A stretch of DNA of 64,000 nt from Planctomycetota bacterium (GTDB taxonomy: Bacteria > Planctomycetota > UBA8742 > UBA2392), in assembly GCA_019186845.1 (NCBI GenBank), contig JABARW010000063.1:26337-90336 (forward strand), given 5' to 3'. How positions within the stretch are numbered: position 1 is the stretch's first letter; each line of letters begins with the position of its first letter. A program made the translations under genes and the position numbers. The notes under the pieces were generated by a model. The model made no database searches. It was not told the origin of the DNA and worked only from the letters and a program-made list of their open reading frames with translations. Below, piece after piece: positions 56,316-64,000 of the stretch.

Positions 56316-57371
56316 ATGCGCGTCCTCATTCTCGGTGGTACAGCATTCATCGGCGCGGCAGCGGCGCGCCGGCTTCACGCCCTGGGGCACGAAGTCATGG
56401 TGTTCCATCGCGGCAAAACGCGAAGCCCTCTTCCGCCCGAGATACGCCACGTGCTGGGCGACCGGCACGACTGGAACAGGCACGCCGGGGAGCTGGCAGC
56501 CCTGAAGCCCGATGTACTTCTCGACATGCTGGCCATGACCGCCCAGGATGCCCGCGACGCGGTGGCGACCTTTGCTGGCGTGGCGCGCCGCGCCGTGGTG
56601 ATTTCAAGTTGCGACGTGTATCGCGCCTTTGGCGTGCTCAACGGCAGCGAAAGCGGCGCGCCGGACCCCCTGCCCCTGACCGAGAAGTCGCCCCTGCGCG
56701 AAAGGCTCTACCCCTACCGCGGCAGCAAGCCCAGGCCCGAAGACCACCCCCAGCGCTGGATGGACCACTACGACAAGATACTCGTCGAGCGCGCCTACCA
56801 CGAAGACAGGCGACTGCCCGCCACCGTGCTGCGCCTGCCCATGGTTTACGGGGAGCGCGACCGCCAGCACCGCATGTTCCCCTACCTCAAGCGCATGGCC
56901 GACGGCCGCCCCGGCATCCTGCTTCAGGACAGCGTGGCCCCCTGGCGCGGCTGCCGCGGCTACGTCGAAAACGTGGCCGAGGCCATCGCGCTGTGCGTCG
57001 TTCACCCCGCCGCCGCCGGCAAGACCTATCACGTGGCCGACCGCGACTCGCCCGCCGAACGCGACTGGGTCAAGGCCATTGGGCGCGCCATGGGCTGGGT
57101 TGGCCGCGTGTACGAACTGCCTGAAGAAGAGCTGCCCATGGATCTGCAGGCGGGCGTGAACCCTGCCCAGGAACTGGTGCTTGACTCCAGCCGCATCCGC
57201 AAGGAGCTGGGCTACAGTGAAAGCGTGCCCTTCGAAGAGGCTGTGCGTCGCACGGCGGCCTGGGAGCGCAACAACTACCCCGAGGCTTTTGACGCCGCGC
57301 GCTTCAATTACCCGGAAGAGAACGACGTGTTGGCGCGCATCATCAAGCGCGAGCGTGACAACAACGCCTGA
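56316..57371 (+). CDS. NAD-dependent epimerase/dehydratase (extended SDR) family protein
   Basis: ATG 56316: MRVLILGGTAFIGAAAARRL Rossmann motif. The 220-codon upstream extension of track ORF 55656.. is antisense to dgt. Confidence 0.8.
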   Translation: MRVLILGGTAFIGAAAARRLHALGHEVMVFHRGKTRSPLPPEIRHVLGDRHDWNRHAGELAALKPDVLLDMLAMTAQDARDAVATFAGVARRAVVISSCDVYRAFGVLNGSESGAPDPLPLTEKSPLRERLYPYRGSKPRPEDHPQRWMDHYDKILVERAYHEDRRLPATVLRLPMVYGERDRQHRMFPYLKRMADGRPGILLQDSVAPWRGCRGYVENVAEAIALCVVHPAAAGKTYHVADRDSPAERDWVKAIGRAMGWVGRVYELPEEELPMDLQAGVNPAQELVLDSSRIRKELGYSESVPFEEAVRRTAAWERNNYPEAFDAARFNYPEENDVLARIIKRERDNNA

Positions 57372-57400
57372 GGAGCCGATCTCGTCAGGCCTGGCGTCGC

Positions 57401-59218
57401 CTATTCTTCGTTGCTGACCTGCAGGATGCTCAAGAAGGCGCTCTGGGGCACCTCAACGCCGCCGATCATCTTCATGCGGGCCTTGCCGCGCTTCTGCTTT
57501 TCCAGAAGTTTGCGTTTGCGGCTGACGTCGCCGCCGTAGCACTTGGCCAGCACGTCTTTTCTCAGCGCGCTGATTTTTTCGCCGGCGATGATCTTGCCGC
57601 CGATGGCGGCCTGTAGCGAAATCACGAACAACTGGCGGGGGATTTCTTCACGCAGCTTCACCAGCACCTTGCGCCCGCGGGTCTCGGCGAACTGGCGATG
57701 AACAATCATGCTCAGGGCGTCCACGTCTTCGCCAGCCACCAGAATGCGCAGCTTCACGAGGTCGCCCGGCTCAAAGCCGATGATTTCGTAGTCCATTGTG
57801 CCGTAGCCGCGCGTGATGGACTTCAGGCGGTCGAAGTAATCGAAGATGATCTCGGCCAGCGGAACGCGGTAAGTGAGCATGACTCGGTCGGCGCCGAGAT
57901 GCTCCTGGTTCTCGTAGATGCCGCGGCGCTCGATCGTCAGCTTCATGATGTCGCCGATGCAGTCCGTCGGAGCGATCACGTTGAGGCGCGCAACAGGTTC
58001 GCGGATTTCCTGAATCTTGGTGATCTCGGGCATGTCGGCCGCGCTGTCCACGCGAATGACGCTGCCGTCGGTTTGCAGCACTTCGTAGCTCACGTTGGGC
58101 GCGGTCTGCACGAGGTCAAGGCCTGATTCGCGCTCCAGGCGTTCCTGCACGATGTCCATGTGCAACAGGCCCAGATAGCCGCAGCGGAAGCCCGTGCCGA
58201 GCGCACCGCTGTTCTCGGGCGCGTAGGTGAACGCGCTGTCGCTGAGCGAGAGTCTGGCCAGGCCCTTGCGCAGGGCGTCAAAGTCCGCCGCGTTCACGGG
58301 GTAAATACCCGCATACACCATGGGCTGGGGCTTCTTGTAGCCGGGCAACGCCTCCACCTGCTCCAGATTGGAGGACAGGGTGATGGTATCGCCGATGCCG
58401 ACATCCTGAATCGTTTTGATGCCGCACATGACATAGCCGACGCAGCCGGTGTCGAGGCGGTCCTGCTTGATGAATTGCCCCAGGCGCACAACGCCGACCT
58501 CGAGCACTTCAAACTGCGACTTCGTGGCCTTCAGCGCGATCTTCTGGCGCGACTCAATGAATCCGTCGCGCACGCGCACGTACATTACGACCCCGCGGTA
58601 ATCGTCGTATACCGCGTCAAAGATCAGAGCCTTGAGCGGCGCATCCGGGTTGCCGCTGGGCTGTGGAATGCGGTCCACGGCGGCCTGAATGATGTCCTCG
58701 ACGCCGAAGCCCGTCTTGCCCGAGCACTTGATGACTTCCTCGGCCTTGAGCCCGAAGACCTGCTCAAGTTCCTTGACTGTTTCCTCAAAGCGCGAAGCCT
58801 GCATGTCCACCTTGTTCGCGCAGGGAATCACGTGCAGGTCGGCACCCATGGCCAGGTACATGTTGGCCACGGTCTGCGCCTGGATGCCCTGCGTCGTGTC
58901 CACGAGCAAGAGCGCTCCCTCGCAAGCGGCCAGCGCGCGGCTGACCTCATAGCCGAAGTCAACGTGGCCGGGCGTATCAATCAGGTTGAACAGGTACTTC
59001 TCGCCGCGCACGACCATGGGAAGCGCTACGGCCTTGGCCTTGATGGTGATGCCGCGCTCGCGCTCGAGATCCATGGAATCCATGGTCTGCTCGCGGATTT
59101 TGCGCTGATCGACGGCGGTGCTTGCCTGAAGCAGACGGTCGGCCAAGGTCGACTTGCCGTGGTCGATGTGGGCGATGATGCTGAAGTTTCGGATGCGGGA
59201 CTGGTCGTACTCGGGCAC
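57401..59218 (-). CDS. lepA: Translation elongation factor 4
   Basis: GTG start. IRNFSIIAHIDHGKSTLADRLL, DTPGHVDF, NKVD, C-terminal LepA-specific region ..KRKLLEKQKRGK.RM...G.V..P..AF. Confidence 0.95.
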   Translation of the reverse strand: MPEYDQSRIRNFSIIAHIDHGKSTLADRLLQASTAVDQRKIREQTMDSMDLERERGITIKAKAVALPMVVRGEKYLFNLIDTPGHVDFGYEVSRALAACEGALLLVDTTQGIQAQTVANMYLAMGADLHVIPCANKVDMQASRFEETVKELEQVFGLKAEEVIKCSGKTGFGVEDIIQAAVDRIPQPSGNPDAPLKALIFDAVYDDYRGVVMYVRVRDGFIESRQKIALKATKSQFEVLEVGVVRLGQFIKQDRLDTGCVGYVMCGIKTIQDVGIGDTITLSSNLEQVEALPGYKKPQPMVYAGIYPVNAADFDALRKGLARLSLSDSAFTYAPENSGALGTGFRCGYLGLLHMDIVQERLERESGLDLVQTAPNVSYEVLQTDGSVIRVDSAADMPEITKIQEIREPVARLNVIAPTDCIGDIMKLTIERRGIYENQEHLGADRVMLTYRVPLAEIIFDYFDRLKSITRGYGTMDYEIIGFEPGDLVKLRILVAGEDVDALSMIVHRQFAETRGRKVLVKLREEIPRQLFVISLQAAIGGKIIAGEKISALRKDVLAKCYGGDVSRKRKLLEKQKRGKARMKMIGGVEVPQSAFLSILQVSNEE

Positions 59219-59325
59219 GCTGCGGGCTTTCTGAACTCGTCAAAGGCTGCGCCACTGGCGCTCAAACACGCGCGGATGATAGCGCCAATTGGCCCGGGCG
59301 AAAGCGGGCTGGGCCAAAAGCCGGC

Positions 59326-61716
59326 CTAGCTGATGGGGTAGCCGTCTTCCTTGAGGCGGGGCTTGAGGTCTTCCAGGGTCTTCTTGAACACGTCAGCCGC
59401 GCCCGCGAGGGTAACGTTGTCATAGCGGCCGGGATGGCTGGCCTTGAGCTTCTCGACAAGTATCAGGGCCACAAAATCGCGCCCTTCGCTGGTTGCGGGC
59501 GTGGCCAGCAACTGCTCGACAGCCGCGCAGACGAACATGTCCGACAGCACCCCCTGGGCGCAGCCCCGCAGATCTTCCCGTTGCTTGTCGCTGGGAGCAG
59601 CGCCCAGGGCCGCGTCGATGCGCCGTGCATAGAGGGCTGTCACAGCCGCTCGCAAGGATTGGAAATAAGTCTTGTACTCCGCGCTTTCGCGCGTGGCTGA
59701 AGAAAGCAGGGGCTCTATGGCGCGCGTCAGGCGGCCGACGCGCTCGGGTTCCAGCTCAATGCGCGGCTGCAGCGACTTGACCAGCAGGGTTCCCCGCGGC
59801 GCGGGCAGAAAGCGCAGAACATCGAGCACATCGTTGTCACTGTACGGCTGGGCCAGCAGCTCCTGAATCAGGGCCACCTGCTCGTCGAGGCTGCGCGCGG
59901 CGCGCGCCAGGAGCCGGCGGGCGGCAGCCCGCTGGGTGGTGGCGGGAGCGTCAGGGGGCGTGGTCGTGGTGTCAGCCGACGCGCCGGCGCGCTCCAGAAG
60001 GTCCTTGCGCAGGGCGGCCAGCACTTCTTCCGGCGCGCTGCCCAGTTCGGTGTAAACACTGAGCAGGGTGATCAGAAGGCCCTGTCCGTTGGAATCCTGG
60101 GAGAGCTGGTCGTACAGAGCACGCAGCTTGCCCACCAGGGGGTCGGCGCTGAGACGCTTGATGAGCTGCTCACGCGCGGCCAGGACCCCCAGAGACTCGC
60201 GTACTGCCGTCAGGGCACTGGAAGAGGCAGCCGGGGCCCGAAGGGAGATCGCCTGGGCAACGTCAAGCAAGGCCTCCACGCAATCCGAAGTGTCGGCGGC
60301 GCGCACGCGAGCCACGGCCGTGAGTGAAACGGAGGCCTGCTGCGCCAGACTCGCGAAGCGGTCCCGCTCGCTGACTGAAAGCTCCTGCCTGAACTTGGCC
60401 TCGACCGCACGCAGCAGATTGGTGAACGCGGCCAGCACCGCGGTGCGAGCCTCGGGAGAAGTCTGGGGTTCAAACACATTCTGGGCCTGCTGGATCAGTT
60501 CATGCAGCAGGGTGTTGCCCGCGGAATCCAGCAGAAGGATTTCAGCCTGGAACAGCGCGGCCAGGCGCAGAGCAGCGCGCGAACCCTTGAGCGCGCGCAC
60601 GAGTTCAAGCCTCAGGGCAGGAGTCAGCCCGTTGGCCTCCAGGGCCTTGTCCACGTACTCAAAGCCCATGGCAGGGCGGGCCGAGAGCGCCTTGGCGCAA
60701 GCCACGCGCAGGGCTTCGCTGCGTGCGGAATCCAGCAGAAGGGCTCCCAGTTCTTCAACAGCCGGCCGGGCTTCTTCGTCGGTGGCGAGCTTGGCCAGCA
60801 GTTCTCCCAGCAGCTCCGCGGCGCGCAGCCTGACGCGCTGGAACTCGGACGTTTTCAGGTGCTTGAGCAGTGCTGACACGCTGCCCTTCTGCGCATTCAT
60901 CTGCTCAAGGGTGACCGCGACGAGCTTCTCTTCGAGTTCCTTGCGCTCGGCTTCACTCTTGCGCAAGGCAGCGTCGAGACGATTGGCAATCTCTTCGACC
61001 AGAGTTTCTTCGCTCTTCTGGCCCAGATACTCCCGCCACAGGGCCGCGTCATCGCCCAGGTCCAGCAGCGTGATGTCGCGCAGGGCCCGCGCCGCCGTGG
61101 CCCTCAGGTCACTGCTCTTGGATTCCAGCGCCGCCACCAGCGGCGCCACGAGTTTCGCGCGGCCGGCCACTCCCCCGATGCCCTGGCGCGCAAATCCCGC
61201 TGCCGCCAGCGCCAGCAGGGCATCGTCGCCCTTGAGCATGGCCTGCATCGCCGCGATCACGCCCTCGGCGTCGTAGGCGCCCAGCACTTCCCGCGCCGGC
61301 TTGGACACGGCATCCACCGGGTCATTGGCGGCCACCACCAGCAGCGGCAAGAACGCCACATGACGCACGGGCGCACTCTCGCGCAGGTAGGCCACCAGTT
61401 CGGTGTGTACCGCTTCGGGCTTGCGGTTCTTCAGGACCTCCACGAGCGGCAGCGGGTCGACCTTGAGTTCGGCAGCGCGGACCAGCACGGCATCAATGGC
61501 TTTGCGACGCGCGTCTTTGTCCGAGGCGGCGTTGAGGGCCTTGACCTGCTCAACAAAGGGGTCGCCCTCGGCCTGGAGTTCCACGCTGGGCGGCCTCTCC
61601 TGCGCGGGTGGAGCGTCGGCGCCGAGGGTGACTTGCGCTTGAGCGTCATTGACGCAAGCGGAAAGAACGAGCGCGCACAACGCCCCGCAAACCCAGGTTT
61701 TGAGGGTCCAGTTCAT
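59326..61716 (-). CDS. Secreted all-alpha HEAT/ARM-like repeat protein
   Basis: ATG 61716 gives the signal peptide MNWTLKTWVCGALCALVLSACVNDAQAQ. About 770 aa of Leu/Ala-rich helical repeats. No catalytic motif. Confidence 0.5.
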   Translation of the reverse strand: MNWTLKTWVCGALCALVLSACVNDAQAQVTLGADAPPAQERPPSVELQAEGDPFVEQVKALNAASDKDARRKAIDAVLVRAAELKVDPLPLVEVLKNRKPEAVHTELVAYLRESAPVRHVAFLPLLVVAANDPVDAVSKPAREVLGAYDAEGVIAAMQAMLKGDDALLALAAAGFARQGIGGVAGRAKLVAPLVAALESKSSDLRATAARALRDITLLDLGDDAALWREYLGQKSEETLVEEIANRLDAALRKSEAERKELEEKLVAVTLEQMNAQKGSVSALLKHLKTSEFQRVRLRAAELLGELLAKLATDEEARPAVEELGALLLDSARSEALRVACAKALSARPAMGFEYVDKALEANGLTPALRLELVRALKGSRAALRLAALFQAEILLLDSAGNTLLHELIQQAQNVFEPQTSPEARTAVLAAFTNLLRAVEAKFRQELSVSERDRFASLAQQASVSLTAVARVRAADTSDCVEALLDVAQAISLRAPAASSSALTAVRESLGVLAAREQLIKRLSADPLVGKLRALYDQLSQDSNGQGLLITLLSVYTELGSAPEEVLAALRKDLLERAGASADTTTTPPDAPATTQRAAARRLLARAARSLDEQVALIQELLAQPYSDNDVLDVLRFLPAPRGTLLVKSLQPRIELEPERVGRLTRAIEPLLSSATRESAEYKTYFQSLRAAVTALYARRIDAALGAAPSDKQREDLRGCAQGVLSDMFVCAAVEQLLATPATSEGRDFVALILVEKLKASHPGRYDNVTLAGAADVFKKTLEDLKPRLKEDGYPIS

Positions 61717-61880
61717 GTTCAGGTTATTTTGTTTCGCCTCGTCCAACGCCTTGGCCCATCCATTAAACGTGATTTGCGGGCAAGATGCGAACCAAAGTTC
61801 TGGCAAGCTTTCAGCGGCCTTACCCTGCCAGAGAACGGGCAGTCCGGGCCGCAATGGCCTGCCCTTGCTAGATTGCCTCT

Positions 61881-62372
61881 ATGCCCACTGTGACCGCCTT
61901 CATCGCCCTCGGTTCCAACATGGGCCAACGCGAGCAGAACCTGACGCGGGCCCTGGACTACCTGCGGCGCGTCGAGGGCGTTCAGGTAATCAAGGTTTCC
62001 TCCATGGTTGAGACCGCACCCGTGAACTGCCCCCCCGGCAGCGGGCCCTTCCTCAATGCCGTGGCCAAACTTGAAACCACTCTAAACGCCCGCGCTCTCC
62101 TTGATGCCCTGCTGGCCGTCGAACTCAAACTGGGCCGCGATCGCAGCCAGCCCAACGCGCCCCGCACCATCGACCTCGATCTGCTTCTCTATGGCCAGGA
62201 AATCCTCGACGAGCCCGGACTACAGGTGCCCCATCCCCGCATGCACGAACGCTTCTTTGTGCTCTGGCCCCTGCTCCAGATTGACTCCCGCGTGAAGGAC
62301 CCCCGCAGCGGCGAACCCTTTGCCGACGCCTATGACCGCCTGCCGGACAGGCGCGGCATGGCCTTGCCTTGA
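61881..62372 (+). CDS. folK: 2-amino-4-hydroxy-6-hydroxymethyldihydropteridine diphosphokinase
   Basis: AFIALGSNMG..; RTIDLDLLLYG; L.VPHPRMHERFFVL.PL. Confidence 0.88.
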   Translation: MPTVTAFIALGSNMGQREQNLTRALDYLRRVEGVQVIKVSSMVETAPVNCPPGSGPFLNAVAKLETTLNARALLDALLAVELKLGRDRSQPNAPRTIDLDLLLYGQEILDEPGLQVPHPRMHERFFVLWPLLQIDSRVKDPRSGEPFADAYDRLPDRRGMALP

Positions 62373-62421
62373 CGCCGGTCGCTGGTTCGACAATGGGCGG
62401 CGCCCCTTGCACAATGTCAGG

Positions 62422-63981
62422 GTGAACGCCGAAACCGCCTACCTGTTCAGGCACGCGCTGCTGCGCGATGCGGCCTACCAGCTTCAATTGCCCGCGGACC
62501 GGGCGCGGCTGCACGCCCTCGCGTTCGAGATCTTTGAAGGGCTGCTGGGTGGCCGGCCCCCTTGGCCGAACTTCAAGATCGCGGCGCCCGGCGAGCGGCG
62601 TTTGTTGCCCGCCGACGCGTTTGCGGCGGAACTGGCCGACCACGCGGAGCAGGCAGCTCAGGTCGAAGACTCCGCCCGACTGCATGAGGCTCGCTCTCTC
62701 TACCTGGCCAGAGCTTCCCTGTTCGAGTCCGCCCGCTGGAGGCCCGCTGAAGCGGGACGCCTGGCCCAGAAGGCTTCCGCACTGTGCGAGGGCAGGAGGC
62801 AGTCAGAAATGCTGACGGAGGCTGTCGGATGCCTGCTGGATGCCGGTCTGCTGAGCGAGGCCGAAGGCGTATCGAGGCGGCTATTGGAGCTGGAGTTCAC
62901 GCGACAGGATGCCGCGCTGCATGCCGGCGCCCTGAATCTCATGGCCAAAGTACTGGACGCCATGGGCCAACACCATTCCGCGCTGCCCCTGGCCGAAGAG
63001 GCGTTGCGCATCAGTGAATCTGCGGGGGATCCCCAGAGAATCGTACGCGAATTGAGCAACCTTTCAGGCACGCTGCTGTATTCCCGGATGCTGGATCGCG
63101 CGGAAGCTGTGACAATGCGCTGCATCAAGATGATGAAGACGCATGGCATGTCGCAGGAACTGGGAGTAGCTCTCGGCGCATTGGCCAACTGCTATCAGAT
63201 GTCCGGCCGCTACGACGACTCCCTGGCGACATACCGGGAGGCGGTGGCCGCTTTGCGGAAAGCAGGCAACAAGAGGTCCGAAGGCGTGACCCTCACGAAC
63301 ATGGGAGCGCTTCTGTTTGCCATGGACTGCTTGGCCGAAGCGACGGGAGTTCTCGCTGCGGCCCTCAGCCTCCACCGGCAGGTCGGCAACCGACGCTCCG
63401 AGGGCATCTGCCTGGGCAACTATGGGAATGTTCTCTTCGACCAACGCCAATACGACAAAGCGCTGGAGACCTACTCCCTGTCACTGAGCATTCACCGGGA
63501 AGTGGGCAACCGTCGCTCCGAAGGCCTGGTGCTCGGGTCCCTCGGTAACTCCTGGCTGCAGCTGGGCAAACCGGAAGAGGCAGAGCGCTGTCTTATGGAG
63601 GCCCTCACCATCCATCGCGAGTTGCGCAACCGGCGCTCTGAAGGCATCACGCTGGGAGATCTGGCGGAGGTCTATCTGACAACGCACAGGTATTCCGAGG
63701 GTGCCAGCCTGCTGGAACAGGCGCTGGCGGCCGACCGCGAGGTCCAGAACCGCCTTCACGAGGGTCGGCACCTTTGCCGCATGGGGCTGATGCACCTGCG
63801 GCAGGGGCAGCGCGAGCCCGCCGCCGAAACGTGGCGCCGGGGCATCCTTTTGGTGCGCTCGCACGGGGGGCCGGCCGAAGTCGCAAGGCAGGTGTCTGAC
63901 CTGGAATCCCTGTGCCGCGAAGCGGGCCTTGAACTCCTTCCCCTGCCTGCTGAGCTTGCCCCCGGGGAAAGGCGGCCCTAA
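62422..63981 (+). CDS. TPR-repeat protein (8-9 TPR_12-like units with recurring NRRSEG motif)
   Basis: In-frame GTG 62422 just past folK. YLFRHALLRDAAYQL..R..LH, then units of about 40 aa: ..A..IHRE.GNRRSEG..LG.LG... The track start at 62320 overlaps folK. Confidence 0.65.
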   Translation: MNAETAYLFRHALLRDAAYQLQLPADRARLHALAFEIFEGLLGGRPPWPNFKIAAPGERRLLPADAFAAELADHAEQAAQVEDSARLHEARSLYLARASLFESARWRPAEAGRLAQKASALCEGRRQSEMLTEAVGCLLDAGLLSEAEGVSRRLLELEFTRQDAALHAGALNLMAKVLDAMGQHHSALPLAEEALRISESAGDPQRIVRELSNLSGTLLYSRMLDRAEAVTMRCIKMMKTHGMSQELGVALGALANCYQMSGRYDDSLATYREAVAALRKAGNKRSEGVTLTNMGALLFAMDCLAEATGVLAAALSLHRQVGNRRSEGICLGNYGNVLFDQRQYDKALETYSLSLSIHREVGNRRSEGLVLGSLGNSWLQLGKPEEAERCLMEALTIHRELRNRRSEGITLGDLAEVYLTTHRYSEGASLLEQALAADREVQNRLHEGRHLCRMGLMHLRQGQREPAAETWRRGILLVRSHGGPAEVARQVSDLESLCREAGLELLPLPAELAPGERRP

Positions 63982-64000
63982 CATCGCCGGCCTGCACTGG

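Overview
High-GC (about 60-65% by eye) bacterial chromosomal window, densely coding on both strands, standard genetic code. I call about 55 protein genes and one tRNA-Lys(UUU). I see no rRNA, CRISPR array, transposase or integrase. The housekeeping backbone is pyrE, ribF, carA, uppS, ruvA, dut, trxA, fba, korAB, lepA, folK, a dGTPase-like gene and M61/M48 peptidases. Five accessory envelope blocks interrupt it. (i) A lower-GC two-gene orphan block at 4.6-8.2 kb. (ii) Tandem DUF2330-like secreted paralogs next to tRNA-Lys, whose 3' end is duplicated 154 nt downstream. (iii) A 1043-aa repeat adhesin whose C-terminal CTTG-TM-Arg tail recurs in a 64-aa mini-protein; that mini-protein heads an operon with two polytopic membrane proteins (candidate new sorting system). 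(iv) Two roughly 90% identical tandem vWA genes followed by a 747-aa coiled-coil protein. (v) A six-gene operon encoding a twin-FHA protein, a PilM-PilN fusion (GspL-like), a TPR protein and a GspG-like pseudopilin. The strongest single-gene signal is a Bcp/PrxQ peroxiredoxin with an in-frame TGA exactly at the peroxidatic Cys, followed by a SECIS-like hairpin. This is a probable selenoprotein that the ORF track splits. Many track ORFs open on GTG/TTG or are antisense shadows. Start codons are my best reading and may be off by tens of nt. All family calls rest on motif recognition, not searches.
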